The notes: generated by a model not told the origin, from the sequence alone. A stretch of 64,000 bases of DNA from Ilumatobacteraceae bacterium (GCA_963828415.1 CAWHEI010000015.1:180285-244284), one strand, 5' to 3'; shown: positions 17,578 to 27,126, numbered from the stretch's first letter. Program-made: numbers and translations.

Positions 17578-19709
17578 GGTCCTCGGAACGGCGCGAAGTC
17601 GGTCTCGCCGTAGATGGCGATGTCGTCGCCGGTGATCGCCCGAGCGCCGGCGAGACCACCCATCACGGCCGCTTCGATACAGCCGTACCCGAGGCCGGTA
17701 CGCACCCAGTCGCCGACCACGACGAGGCCGTCGAGGCCGGTACCGCCGGGCGTCGGACGCGCGTCCATCGAACCGACGGGCGACTGGCAGTACCGAGCGG
17801 TCGGGTCGATGTTGGTGGACCAGAACTGATCGTCGAGCGCGTCCGCGCTCGACGCGGGATACAACACAGCGTCGTCGAAGCCCGACGCCACCGCATCGGC
17901 CGCCGCCGGCCAGAGCGTGGCCCCGTGCTGGTCGAGCCAGCGCCGCAGATCGTCACCGGCGCGGTCGTGCACGGCAGCCGGGATGCTCGGATCCGGCACC
18001 GGCGGCCCGGCCGGAGCTGCTGGTAGGACGCCGCACAGGTACTGCAACGACTCGGGCGGATCGCCGGGTGTCCAGTGCTCGGCGGCGAGCAGATGGCTCA
18101 TGTCGGCCCAGGTGTCGATCGGTGGCGCGAACGCCGTTGCGATCGTGGCGGGCTGCGCGGCGCCCAGATCGCCCGACGTCGGGTTCATCCAGAGTTGGAC
18201 CCCCTGCGTCGCAACGGTGGGAATGGCGTCGACCGCAGCGCGTAGCGACGCCGACGAGGCGAGCACGTCGGGCGCCACCATGGGCAGGCACGACGGCGGC
18301 AGCCCGAGCACCAGCGTGTCGAAGTCGCGACCGCGTTCGAGTCGCAGTGTCGACACGTCGGGCCAATCGTTCCACGCCGACTCGAGATCGACGCCCTGCT
18401 GTTGCAGCTCCGCGCCCTGCACGAGCTGGTCGTATCGAGGTGTGGTGGGCCACACCTCCAGGCCGTCCAGATCGACCAGCGGCGAGTAGCGACCGTCGGG
18501 CGCCGTGACGGCGACGGTGGCCTGGACGCCGAACTCGATGGCGAGCACCTGCTTGCTGTCCGGGTCGACTTCGACGCTGCGCAGGACGTGGAAGAACTCG
18601 ATGGCGACGCCTCGCCGTTCCAGGGCCTGATGGATGGGGGCGACGACCGTGTCGCCGGCGCCGGCGTTCATCCGCCAGAACACTGCGCCGCTGGAAGCGA
18701 GGAGCAGTCGCAACAACATGCGCAGCCCGGTGCCGGCCTCGAGGTCGGGGCGCGCCGGATCGCCGTCGATGAAGGCGAAGATGTACGAGTAGGCGCCGCG
18801 CACGAATCCGGACCCGAGCGTGAGATCGTGCGCGCCGGCGCCACGGAGATACGTGGTCAGCTCGGTGTGGTTGATCACGTCGAAACCGTGAGCGAAGACG
18901 CCATCTCTCGCGAATCCCCGCAGGTAGGCGAGACCCAGGTCGACCAGCGCGATGACTTCGAGCAACTCGGAGTCAGCCTCGATCAGGTCATCGAGCCACC
19001 CATGCGTGAGTCGTTGGACGGCGGATGCCGCGGCCTCGAGCTCGGCACACAGCGCCACCGCGCCCGCGTCGAGCAGATGGGCGATCTCGTGGAATCCGGC
19101 GAACAGCCAACGGATCCCCTCGCTGACGTGCCCGGACGTCGGTGGCGGCGCCGAGAGTCCGGTGACCCCCGGCAGTGTCACGTCCGAGGTGTCGGCCATC
19201 GAATGCCCCAAGACCGCGTCCGAGGGTTCGTAGCCCTCGAGCAGCTCCAGGCCGAAGCTCACCATCCGGGCCATCAGGTCGGCCGGCGAACCCAACCGTC
19301 CGGCTTCGCCGGGAAGTTGGTCGTTGCTCGGCACGTTGTCGGTGACGCGCACCCAGTGCTGATCGATCGAACTGAACCACGAGACATCGCTCCACGGACT
19401 GAACGCGTCCTGCCAGGTCGCCAGCGGATGCGTCGGCGGCCGGTCGAGTTCGCCGTAGACCTCTCTGATCATCCAGAAGGCGTTCTCGTAGAAGCCCGAC
19501 CAGACGTGCAGTCCGTGCTCTTCGATGCGTCCGTGCCGGTCGAGATTGCGGCCGCTGGCCAGCTTTCCTCCGAGGCGCCATCCCTGCTGGTGGATGGTGA
19601 CGTCGTACCGTTCCGGTTGGCGGGAGAGCCAGTAGGCACACGACAACGACGACATGCCGCCACCGACGACGAGCACCCGCTGGGACGTCGCTGGTTGCGT
19701 GGCGGACAT
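17553..19709 (-). CDS. FAD/NAD(P)-binding oxidoreductase (COG3349/HpnE- or amine-oxidase-like) with large insertions
   Basis: 718 aa from ATG 19709, preceded by AGGAG. It has the dinucleotide fold VLVVGGGMSSLSCAYWL, then GWRLGGK, EEHGLHVWSGFYENAF and a C-terminal VVVGDWV. Confidence 0.85.
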   Translation of the reverse strand: MSATQPATSQRVLVVGGGMSSLSCAYWLSRQPERYDVTIHQQGWRLGGKLASGRNLDRHGRIEEHGLHVWSGFYENAFWMIREVYGELDRPPTHPLATWQDAFSPWSDVSWFSSIDQHWVRVTDNVPSNDQLPGEAGRLGSPADLMARMVSFGLELLEGYEPSDAVLGHSMADTSDVTLPGVTGLSAPPPTSGHVSEGIRWLFAGFHEIAHLLDAGAVALCAELEAAASAVQRLTHGWLDDLIEADSELLEVIALVDLGLAYLRGFARDGVFAHGFDVINHTELTTYLRGAGAHDLTLGSGFVRGAYSYIFAFIDGDPARPDLEAGTGLRMLLRLLLASSGAVFWRMNAGAGDTVVAPIHQALERRGVAIEFFHVLRSVEVDPDSKQVLAIEFGVQATVAVTAPDGRYSPLVDLDGLEVWPTTPRYDQLVQGAELQQQGVDLESAWNDWPDVSTLRLERGRDFDTLVLGLPPSCLPMVAPDVLASSASLRAAVDAIPTVATQGVQLWMNPTSGDLGAAQPATIATAFAPPIDTWADMSHLLAAEHWTPGDPPESLQYLCGVLPAAPAGPPVPDPSIPAAVHDRAGDDLRRWLDQHGATLWPAAADAVASGFDDAVLYPASSADALDDQFWSTNIDPTARYCQSPVGSMDARPTPGGTGLDGLVVVGDWVRTGLGYGCIEAAVMGGLAGARAITGDDIAIYGETDFAPFRGPWASGGSR

Positions 19710-19837
19710 CGGGCTCCTGAATCGTTCGATACTGACCTCGACAACGTACTCCCCCGTACGGCGCGCCGATCCGCCGGCCAACGCGGACCGGGTGGCCGAT
19801 CTCGCCACCCTGCGACCCAGTCGACAAGGATGTCGAC

Positions 19838-20320
19838 ATGTCGACACTGCCCACGGTTCCGCAGTTCGGTGCGCTCCTGCGGTCACACATCGCGAGCGTC
19901 CCCGACGCTGCACGCCCCGCGTTCCTGTCCGGGCTCGAGCGTTCGGCAGCGGCGCGCTACCGGGAGTGGGCCGACGCCGCTGCGGAGCACTCCGCCGTGC
20001 TCCTCGACTGCGCCGCCCGCGAAGACGAGATCGCCGAACTGGTCGCCGGGTTGTTCCCGCTCGACGCCGAGATGCAGCAGGCGGTCGACGACGCGCTCCC
20101 GGCCGCCGTCGCCGTGTACTACGAGGTGTTCGCCCCGTACGACGTGCTCGATCAGCTCTACCTGCAGTCCGAGGCCGAACTGCAAGGTGCGCAGGCATGG
20201 GTCGGCATCGCCGCCGGCATCGACGACGACGCGACTCGTGACGTGCTGGCGCGCTGCACCGCGCTCGAACAAGAGAGCGCCGCTGCCGTGAAGGACCTCC
20301 TGGCGACCGTTCGCGTCTGA
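19838..20320 (+). CDS. hypothetical all-helical protein
   Basis: 160 aa. ATG is preceded by AAGGA and GC3 is high. It is divergent from the oxidoreductase operon. No family recognised. Confidence 0.7.
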   Translation: MSTLPTVPQFGALLRSHIASVPDAARPAFLSGLERSAAARYREWADAAAEHSAVLLDCAAREDEIAELVAGLFPLDAEMQQAVDDALPAAVAVYYEVFAPYDVLDQLYLQSEAELQGAQAWVGIAAGIDDDATRDVLARCTALEQESAAAVKDLLATVRV

Positions 20321-20336
20321 CGTCGCCGTCGCCGCA

Positions 20337-21854
20337 TCACATCAGGCTCGGCACGGCGTGCCCCTCGGGAACGCCCCATCCAGGTTCGTAGCCGAACACC
20401 TCGCGGGCTCCCGTTGCGCCGAAGCGGTCGTCGAGCACGTCGACGTGGTCGAGTGAGATCAGTGCGGGATGCACCACACCGCACGCCCGGCTCAGCGCGA
20501 GCAGATCCTTGCGCAGGGTGATCACGTAGTTCGCGAGCCGAGCAGCCTTCAGCTCCGGATCGAGTCCACGAACCAGCCACGGGTTCTGGGTCGCCACCCC
20601 GGTCGGGCACCGTCCGGTGTGACAACGCTGGGCCTGGATGCACCCGATCGCCATCATCGCCTCGCGGGCGACGTTCACCATGTCGCACCCGAGCCCGAAC
20701 GCGAGCGTCGACTCGTGTGGGAAGCCGAGCTTGCCCGACCCGATGAAGACCACTCGATCGGTGATCCCCCGCCGTGCGAACTCGCTGTAGACGCGGCTGA
20801 AGCCGACCTTGAACGGCAGTGCCACCTGGTCGGTGAACACGAGCGGGCCGGCGCCGGTGCCGCCTTCGCCCCCGTCGACAGTGATGAAGTCGACACCCCG
20901 TTCGCCCGACACCATCGCCTCGGCGAGGTCGCTCCAGATGTTCGGCTCGCCGATCGCCGACTTGATCCCCACCGGCAGCCCGGTCGCGTCCGCGATGCGT
21001 TCGACGAAGTCGAGCAACGAGTCGACGTCGTGGAACTCGGGATGGGCGGCCGGGCTGATGCAGTCCTCTCCCTGAGGCACTCCACGGATCCGACTGATCT
21101 CCGCAGTGACCTTCGCGGCAGGGAGCACTCCGCCCAAGCCGGGCTTGGCGCCCTGACTCAACTTGATCTCGATCGCCCGCACCGGGTTGGTACCGACCGT
21201 CTCGACGAGGCGATCGAGGTCGAATCGGCCGTGGTCGTCGCGGGCGCCGAAGTAGCCGCTGCCCAACTGCCAGATCAGCTCACCGCCGTGCTGGTGGTGC
21301 GGCGAGATTCCGCCTTCGCCGGTGTTGTGTAGGCAGCCGGCGATCTGCGCGCCCTCGTTGAGCGCGGCGATCGCATTCGACGAGAGCGCTCCGTAGCTCA
21401 TGGCCGACACGTTGATGACCGACGACGGCTGGAACGCCTTCGTCCGGCCGCGGGCGGCGCCCATCACCTTCGCAGCGGGAATTCGGTACTGGTCGTCGTA
21501 GTCGAGCGCGCCCGGCAGCGGCGCCGGGATCGGGAACGGCGAGTGCTTGATGATGAAGTAGTTGGGCGAGGTCTCCAGGTCCTTGCTGGTGCCGAACGCG
21601 AAGTAGTTGTTCTCCTGCTTCGACGATGCGTAGATCCAGCGTCGTTGTTCGCGGTTGAACGGCCGCTCTTCGGTGTTGCTGGTCACGATGTACTGGCGCA
21701 GCTCGGGGCCGACCTCTTCGAGGAAATAGCGGGCGTGACCCAACAGTGGGAAGTTGCGCAGGATGGCGTGACGTCGCTGGGTCAGGTCGTAGGCGGTCAC
21801 CACAGCCGCCGCACCTGCCGCCACCGCGCCCGCCACCCTGAGTCGCCTCACCAT
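20337..21854 (-). CDS. FMN-binding glutamate synthase family protein (GltB domain-2-like)
   Basis: 505 aa with an N-terminal TM segment. Core motifs are NTGEGGISPHH, KLSQGAKPGLGGVLP and TVDGGEGGTGAGP. Confidence 0.9.
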   Translation of the reverse strand: MVRRLRVAGAVAAGAAAVVTAYDLTQRRHAILRNFPLLGHARYFLEEVGPELRQYIVTSNTEERPFNREQRRWIYASSKQENNYFAFGTSKDLETSPNYFIIKHSPFPIPAPLPGALDYDDQYRIPAAKVMGAARGRTKAFQPSSVINVSAMSYGALSSNAIAALNEGAQIAGCLHNTGEGGISPHHQHGGELIWQLGSGYFGARDDHGRFDLDRLVETVGTNPVRAIEIKLSQGAKPGLGGVLPAAKVTAEISRIRGVPQGEDCISPAAHPEFHDVDSLLDFVERIADATGLPVGIKSAIGEPNIWSDLAEAMVSGERGVDFITVDGGEGGTGAGPLVFTDQVALPFKVGFSRVYSEFARRGITDRVVFIGSGKLGFPHESTLAFGLGCDMVNVAREAMMAIGCIQAQRCHTGRCPTGVATQNPWLVRGLDPELKAARLANYVITLRKDLLALSRACGVVHPALISLDHVDVLDDRFGATGAREVFGYEPGWGVPEGHAVPSLM

Positions 21855-21963
21855 GCCTGAACCGTACGGAGTCGATCCGCCCCGGGTGAAGGGTCTTCGG
21901 TCATCGCCGTCTCCGCATCACATCAGGCCCGGCGCGGTGTGACGCCTGTGGTACACACGCGCG

Positions 21964-24339
21964 ATGGCAGGCCCGAACGACATCATCGAGTACGACCCGG
22001 CCGACGCGTTTCCCGGCGTGATCGGACGCACGCTCGACGAGTCGACGCCCGCGTGGCCCGCCCCGAAGCGTGCCGCCGCCGGCACGCCGAACGTGATCGT
22101 GATGCTGTGGGACGACGTGGGCTTCGGGCAGTTCTCCGCCTACGGCGGGCTGTGCGAGACGCCGACGCTCGACCGCCTCGCCGACCGCGGGCTGCGCTAC
22201 GCGAACTTCCATACGACCGCGCTGTGCACGCCGACGCGTGGCTCGCTGCTGACCGGGCGCAACCATCACACGATCGGGCTGTCGGCGATCACCGAGACCT
22301 CGCTCGGATTCCCCGCTCACAACTGTTTCGTCGGCCACGAGCACGGCTTCCTGTCCGAGATGCTGCTCGAGCACGGTTACAACACCTTCGCTGTCGGCAA
22401 GTGGCACCTCACCGCGCCGACCGAGTCGACCACGGCCGGTCCGTTCAACCGGTGGCCGCTCGGCCGTGGGTTCGAGCGGTTCTACGGGTTCATGCCGGGC
22501 TCGACCGACCAGTGGTTTCCCGACCTCACCTACGACAACCATCCGGTCAGCCCGCCGTCGACGCCCGAGGAGGGTTACCACCTCAACATCGACCTCGCCG
22601 ACCGTGCGATCCAGTTCGTCAAGGACGCCCACGTCCACGCACCGGACAAGCCGTTCTTCCTCTACTACACGCCTGGCGCCGGCCACTCGCCCCACCAGGT
22701 CGAGCCCGAATGGAGCGACAAGTACCGAGGCCGCTTCGACGGCGGTTGGGACGAGTACCGGCGTGTCGTGTTCGAACGCCAGCGAGTGCTCGGCATCGTC
22801 GAGGAGCACGCCGAGCTGTCCGAACGCGACCCCGACGTGGCCGCGTGGGACTCGCTGTCCGACGACGCGAAGCGGATGTACGCCCGCCAGATGGAGGTGT
22901 ACGCCGGGTTCATCGAGCAGACCGATCACCACTTCGGACGGGTGATCGACTTCGTCGAAGAACTCGGCGAACTCGACAACACGATCGTGGTGGTGATGTC
23001 CGACAACGGCGCCAGCGCAGAGGGCGGCGAGCACGGCACGTTCAACGAGGCGATGTTCTTCAACGGAGCAGAGGAGACCCTGGAGGACAACCTCGAGCAC
23101 TTCGACGAGTGGGGCGGACCGGACACCTACGCGCACTACTCGTGGGGCTGGACGTGGGCGGGCAACACCCCGTTCCGACGCTGGAAACGCGAGACGTACC
23201 GCGGCGGTGTGACCGACCCGTGCATCGTGTCGTGGCCGGCCGGGATCGCCGCCCGCGGCGAGGTTCGCCATCAGTACGCGCACCTCGTCGACATCGTGCC
23301 GACGCTGCTCGACACGCTCGGGATCACACCTCCGGCGACCATCGGCGGCGTCGAGCAGTCACCGATCCACGGAACGAGCTTCGCCCACACCTTCGGCGAC
23401 GCCGACGCGGCGACCGAGCACACCACGCAGTACTTCGAGATGTTCGGCAGCCGGTCGATCTACCACGACGGTTGGAAGGCCAACTGTCCGTGGCCGGGTC
23501 CGAGCTTCGTGGAGGCGGCGCTGAAGAACCGTCGGTTCGGCTCGGCGCTGACAGCCGACGACCTCGTCGACCTCGACGCGACCGGGTGGGAGCTGTACCA
23601 CCTGACCGACGACCCGACCGAGACCCGCAACCTCGCCGCCGACGACCCTGCCAAGCTCGCCGAGATGATCGAGCGGTGGTACACCGAGGCGGAGACGTAC
23701 GGCGTGTTCCCGTTGGCGTCCGCCGGGGCGAGTCGGCTGCTGACACCGCGACCGGTGCTCTCGTCGAACCGCAACGTGCAGGTCTGGTACCCCGACGCAG
23801 CTCCCGTGTACTTCGGGGCCGGACCCAAACCGTACAACCGGGCCTACAGCATCACCGCCGACGTCACGATCCCCGATGACGGCGCCGAGGGCATCATCGT
23901 GTCGCACGGCAGCCGTCACGGCGGCTACGTCCTGTTCGTGCAGGACGGGCGGCTGCACCACGTGTACAACTACCTCGCAGCGGATCGCTTCGACGTGTCG
24001 TCGAACGTTGCCGTGCCGGTCGGCGACGTCACGCTGCGCTACGAGTTCGTGCCGACGGGCCCGGTTCGGTTCGGCGAGGGCAAGGGTCCGGCCGGCAACG
24101 GTCTGCTGTACATCGACGACACGCTCGTCGGCGCGATCGAGATGTCGCACACCACCCCGAACCGGATCGGCCCCGTCGGCTTCAGCTGCGGGTACGCCGC
24201 CTACGACACCGTCGATCCGACCCGGTACTCGATCCCGTTCCGCTTCACCGGCACGATCCACCGCGTCACCTACGACCTCTCCGGCGACGGCATGCTCCAC
24301 GACGCCGCCGAGATGCAGCGCCTCATGTCCCAGCAGTAG
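21964..24339 (+). CDS. arylsulfatase (Cys-type, formylglycine-dependent)
   Basis: 791 aa. It has a sulfatase N-domain (MLWDDVGFGQFSAYGG), the FGly motif CTPTRGSLLTGR and a large C-terminal beta domain. Confidence 0.92.
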   Translation: MAGPNDIIEYDPADAFPGVIGRTLDESTPAWPAPKRAAAGTPNVIVMLWDDVGFGQFSAYGGLCETPTLDRLADRGLRYANFHTTALCTPTRGSLLTGRNHHTIGLSAITETSLGFPAHNCFVGHEHGFLSEMLLEHGYNTFAVGKWHLTAPTESTTAGPFNRWPLGRGFERFYGFMPGSTDQWFPDLTYDNHPVSPPSTPEEGYHLNIDLADRAIQFVKDAHVHAPDKPFFLYYTPGAGHSPHQVEPEWSDKYRGRFDGGWDEYRRVVFERQRVLGIVEEHAELSERDPDVAAWDSLSDDAKRMYARQMEVYAGFIEQTDHHFGRVIDFVEELGELDNTIVVVMSDNGASAEGGEHGTFNEAMFFNGAEETLEDNLEHFDEWGGPDTYAHYSWGWTWAGNTPFRRWKRETYRGGVTDPCIVSWPAGIAARGEVRHQYAHLVDIVPTLLDTLGITPPATIGGVEQSPIHGTSFAHTFGDADAATEHTTQYFEMFGSRSIYHDGWKANCPWPGPSFVEAALKNRRFGSALTADDLVDLDATGWELYHLTDDPTETRNLAADDPAKLAEMIERWYTEAETYGVFPLASAGASRLLTPRPVLSSNRNVQVWYPDAAPVYFGAGPKPYNRAYSITADVTIPDDGAEGIIVSHGSRHGGYVLFVQDGRLHHVYNYLAADRFDVSSNVAVPVGDVTLRYEFVPTGPVRFGEGKGPAGNGLLYIDDTLVGAIEMSHTTPNRIGPVGFSCGYAAYDTVDPTRYSIPFRFTGTIHRVTYDLSGDGMLHDAAEMQRLMSQQ

Positions 24340-24381
24340 CCGCCCGACATCCCTCCCCGCACCCAACCAGCACCGCCCACC

Positions 24382-24664
24382 GATGAGCCGAACAACCGCA
24401 TACGGCGGTCTCGCTCATCACAACCGGACCCAATCTCCCCGCGATGAGCCAAGCGACCGCATACGGCGGTCTCGCTCATCACAACCGGACCCGAATCTCC
24501 CCGCGATGAGCGAACCGACCGCATACGGCGGTCTCGCTCATCACAACCGGACCCAATCTCCCCGCGATGAGCGAACCGACCGCATACGGCGGTCTCGCTC
24601 ATCACAACCGGACCCAATCTCCCCGCGATGAGCCAAGCGACCGCATACGGCGGTTTCGCTCATC
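24382..24664. repeat. Family B hairpin repeat array, 5 units, 61-62 bp period
   Basis: The unit is a 38-nt hairpin, GATGAGC(G/C)AA(C/G)CGACCGCATACGGCGGT(C/T)TCGCTCATC, plus a 23-nt spacer, ACAACCGGACCC(G)AATCTCCCCGC. Units start at 24382, 24443, 24505, 24566 and 24627. Confidence 0.92.
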
Positions 24665-24669
24665 ACAAC

Positions 24670-25401
24670 TCAGAGGTGGAGGACGTCGGGGAGCCAGGTG
24701 TCGAGGCGTTCGGTGATGATGTCGTCACTCTTGGCGAGCAGGTGGCCGTCGCCGGGGAGGATCTCGACGTCGCCGTACCCGGCGATCGCGGCCACCACGT
24801 GGCTCGCCTCAGGAGGAAGCAACTCGTCGCGATCGCCGTGGAACAACAACAACGGCCTGCCGCCCAACGCCCCGGCGACCTCACATCCGGCCGACTGCGT
24901 GGCGAACGTGACGACGCCCACGACCGACACCGGCATGATCACCGCGGTACGAACGGCGACGGCGCCACCGAAGCTGTGCCCCATCACCACCACACGGTCG
25001 GCGCCGGCATCGCGGGCGAGCTCCACTCCGCATGCGAGGTCGTGTGCGCACAGATCGAGGTTGTTCGGCTCGCGGTAGCCGACTCGCACGAACTCGACGC
25101 CGCGCTCGGCCCACCGCTCACCGAGGCGCTGGTACAACGCGTGACCCGGCCCGAGCACGCCACCCAACGCGCCGCCGCACGCCACGATCGCCGCCGGCTG
25201 CGGCGACACACCCTCGGGCGGTCGATGCCGGAACACGGTCAAGAGGCCTCGCGACGTGTACACCTCGCGATGCGACAACGACGGTGTGAGAGCAACCTCG
25301 GACGACGCCAACGGGCGCAGCGCCTCGAGCGCCGTCGGGTCGGACGGGTCGGCAAGTGGGGCCTCGGCTGGCCGTTCGTCCGCTCCGCCGCCGTCGACCA
25401 T
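24670..25401 (-). CDS. alpha/beta hydrolase (dienelactone-hydrolase-like)
   Basis: 243 aa with the nucleophile elbow VVVMGHSFGGAVAV and a C-terminal GDGHLL. Confidence 0.8.
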   Translation of the reverse strand: MVDGGGADERPAEAPLADPSDPTALEALRPLASSEVALTPSLSHREVYTSRGLLTVFRHRPPEGVSPQPAAIVACGGALGGVLGPGHALYQRLGERWAERGVEFVRVGYREPNNLDLCAHDLACGVELARDAGADRVVVMGHSFGGAVAVRTAVIMPVSVVGVVTFATQSAGCEVAGALGGRPLLLFHGDRDELLPPEASHVVAAIAGYGDVEILPGDGHLLAKSDDIITERLDTWLPDVLHL

Positions 25402-25424
25402 GGCTGATTAGCGTACAAACGCAC

Positions 25425-25976
25425 ATGCCCAGGTCAGCCACCGGAACCAGCACCGTCGACTTCCGCAACCGAACCGATCGCGAGCACGCTCGCCGCATCG
25501 GCCGAGCCTGGATCGAACTCCGCCGGGGCGCCGCGGCGTCGGCACTGCGCTCGTACCTGTTCGGCACCGAGAAGCAGCTCGAGCAGGGTCAGATGGATGC
25601 GCTCGACCTGCTCACACGGCGAGACGAGCGCCCGATGAAGGAACTCGCCGCACGCCTACGTGTCGAGCCGTCCACGGCAACGCGAGCAGTGCAACGACTG
25701 GAGAACGACGGCCTGGTCGAGCGGTTCACCTCGCCGGAGGACGGCCGAGTCGTCCTCGTGCGAATCACCGACGAGGGCCGCCGCCGCCACGACAGCGTCG
25801 CCGCGCGCCGATCGACCGCGATGATGCACATCCTCAGCGAGTTCGAGCCGGACGAACGGGCGCAGCTCGCCGATCTGCTGGACCGGTTGATCGCCTCGAT
25901 CGACGACGTCGTCGAACGTCTCGACGCCACCGCCGACACCGCGTCCGACACCGGTTCCGACTCCGAAACGAACTGA
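25425..25976 (+). CDS. MarR-family transcriptional regulator
   Basis: 183 aa with a winged HTH (MKELAARLRVEPSTATRAVQRLENDGLVERFTSPEDGRVVLVRITDEG). It is divergent from the hydrolase gene. Confidence 0.85.
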   Translation: MPRSATGTSTVDFRNRTDREHARRIGRAWIELRRGAAASALRSYLFGTEKQLEQGQMDALDLLTRRDERPMKELAARLRVEPSTATRAVQRLENDGLVERFTSPEDGRVVLVRITDEGRRRHDSVAARRSTAMMHILSEFEPDERAQLADLLDRLIASIDDVVERLDATADTASDTGSDSETN

Positions 25977-26030
25977 CAACCGCCGACACGGCGACGTTCG
26001 CACGCGGGGCCGACGGGTACAGTCGCCGCC

Positions 26031-26642
26031 ATGGCCGATCAGGCAACGTTCGCCGACGAGGCGATGCAGTACGCACCTCAGCTCTATTCCGGCGCCATGC
26101 GCATGACGCGCAACCGCAGTGACGCCGAGGATCTCGTCCAGGAGACCTACCTCAAGGGCTACCGGAGCTACCACACCTTCACCGAGGGCACGAACCTGCG
26201 GGCGTGGCTGTTCCGGATCATGACCAACACCTACATCAACTCCTACCGGGCCAAGCAACGCCGCCCGGACGAGACCGAACTGGGCGAGTTCGAGGACCTG
26301 TACCTGTACAAGAACCTCGGTGCACTGCAGGACGCCAGCGTCGGCCGCTCCGCCGAGGAGTCGCTGATGGAGTTGCTCCCTGACGACGAGGTGAAGCAAG
26401 CGCTCGAAGACCTCCCGGACAACTTCCGCCTGCCGGTGATCCTCGCCGACGTCGAGGGGTTCTCGTACAAGGAGATCGCCGAGATGCTCGACATCCCGAT
26501 CGGTACCGTGATGTCGCGGCTGCATCGGGGAAGAAAAGCGATGCAGAAGGCGTTGTACGACTTTGCCCTCGAACGGGGGCTCGTCACTGCCCAGCCAGCA
26601 GCGGCGGCTGACGGCACCTTCGGACAGGACAACGGACGATGA
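26031..26642 (+). CDS. sigH: ECF sigma factor, SigH/SigR type
   Basis: 203 aa with region 2 ([35 protein letters not shown]) and region 4 ([26 protein letters not shown]). It overlaps the downstream ZAS anti-sigma gene. Confidence 0.9.
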   Translation: MADQATFADEAMQYAPQLYSGAMRMTRNRSDAEDLVQETYLKGYRSYHTFTEGTNLRAWLFRIMTNTYINSYRAKQRRPDETELGEFEDLYLYKNLGALQDASVGRSAEESLMELLPDDEVKQALEDLPDNFRLPVILADVEGFSYKEIAEMLDIPIGTVMSRLHRGRKAMQKALYDFALERGLVTAQPAAAADGTFGQDNGR

Positions 26643-26926
26643 GCGACGACGCAACGACGACCGACACACCGGTGATCTCCGACTGCGCGCAGACGCTGCA
26701 GGAGCTCGACGTGTTCCTCGACGGCGAACTCTCCGATCACCAACACGCCGCGATCCGCCACCACCTCGAAGGCTGCATGGACTGTCTCGGCGCCTTCGAC
26801 TTCCATGCCGAACTCAAGATCGTGGTCGCCCAGAAGTGCAACAACGACGAGATGCCACCCGAACTGCTCGGCAAGATCGAACGCTGCTTCGGCACCGATT
26901 TCGACGGCGACGGCAAGATCGGGTGA
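26639..26926 (+). CDS. rshA: zinc-binding anti-sigma factor, RsrA/RshA type
   Basis: 95 aa with the ZAS motif HxxxCxxC (HHLEGCMDC) and an upstream Cys (SDCAQTL). ATGA overlap with the sigH stop. Confidence 0.85.
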   Translation: MSDDATTTDTPVISDCAQTLQELDVFLDGELSDHQHAAIRHHLEGCMDCLGAFDFHAELKIVVAQKCNNDEMPPELLGKIERCFGTDFDGDGKIG

Positions 26927-26967
26927 CGGTTTCGCCCGATTCCGACCCCGCGGGTTAGCCTCACGGA

Positions 26968-27126
26968 ATGCTCGCAGCCAACGTCTGGCACTGGTGGATC
27001 GGTATCGCCCTCGTACTCCTCGCTGTCATCTCGGTCGTCGCGCTCATTGCGTCCTACGTGGCCTACGTGCGAGCCAAGAGTTACCCCAGCAAGGCGCAGC
27101 AGTCGCACCATCACACCGACCTCTAG
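26968..27126 (+). CDS. small membrane protein (52 aa), not in the ORF track
   Basis: ATG 26968 to TAG 27126: MLAANVWHWWIGIALVLLAVISVVALIASYVAYVRAKSYPSKAQQSHHHTDL. It has one TM helix. GC3 is high in this frame and low in the competing frame 3. Confidence 0.6.
   Translation: MLAANVWHWWIGIALVLLAVISVVALIASYVAYVRAKSYPSKAQQSHHHTDL

Noticed and set aside
14827-17613. A 928-aa plus-strand ORF, and similar long ORFs at 1844..3013(-), 5038..6510(-), 8805..9944(-), 18402..20291(+), 21901..23283(-), 55443..56441(+), 57296..58651(+) and 60704..62341(-).
   Set aside because: All are antisense or alternative frames of genes with clear family motifs. They translate to Arg/Pro/Gly/Asp-rich low-complexity sequence with no recognisable domains. 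Such ORFs are typical stop-codon-poor shadow ORFs of 70% GC DNA.
24270-24631. ORFs of 60-250 aa reading through the repeat arrays (for example 23876..24631, 24270..24617, 29276..29533, 47287..47526, 52046..52334), which encode reiterated MSETAVCGRFAHR-like peptides.
   Set aside because: They are generated by the hairpin repeats themselves, are open in several frames and on both strands, and lack a translation-initiation context. They are repeat artefacts.
24382-24664. Possible CRISPR array: 38-nt palindromic repeats at a regular period.
   Set aside because: The 23-nt spacers within the array are essentially identical to each other, so this is tandem duplication of a 61-bp unit. They are also shorter than normal CRISPR spacers. 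The same hairpin occurs in isolated pairs elsewhere, and no cas genes or leader are present in the window.
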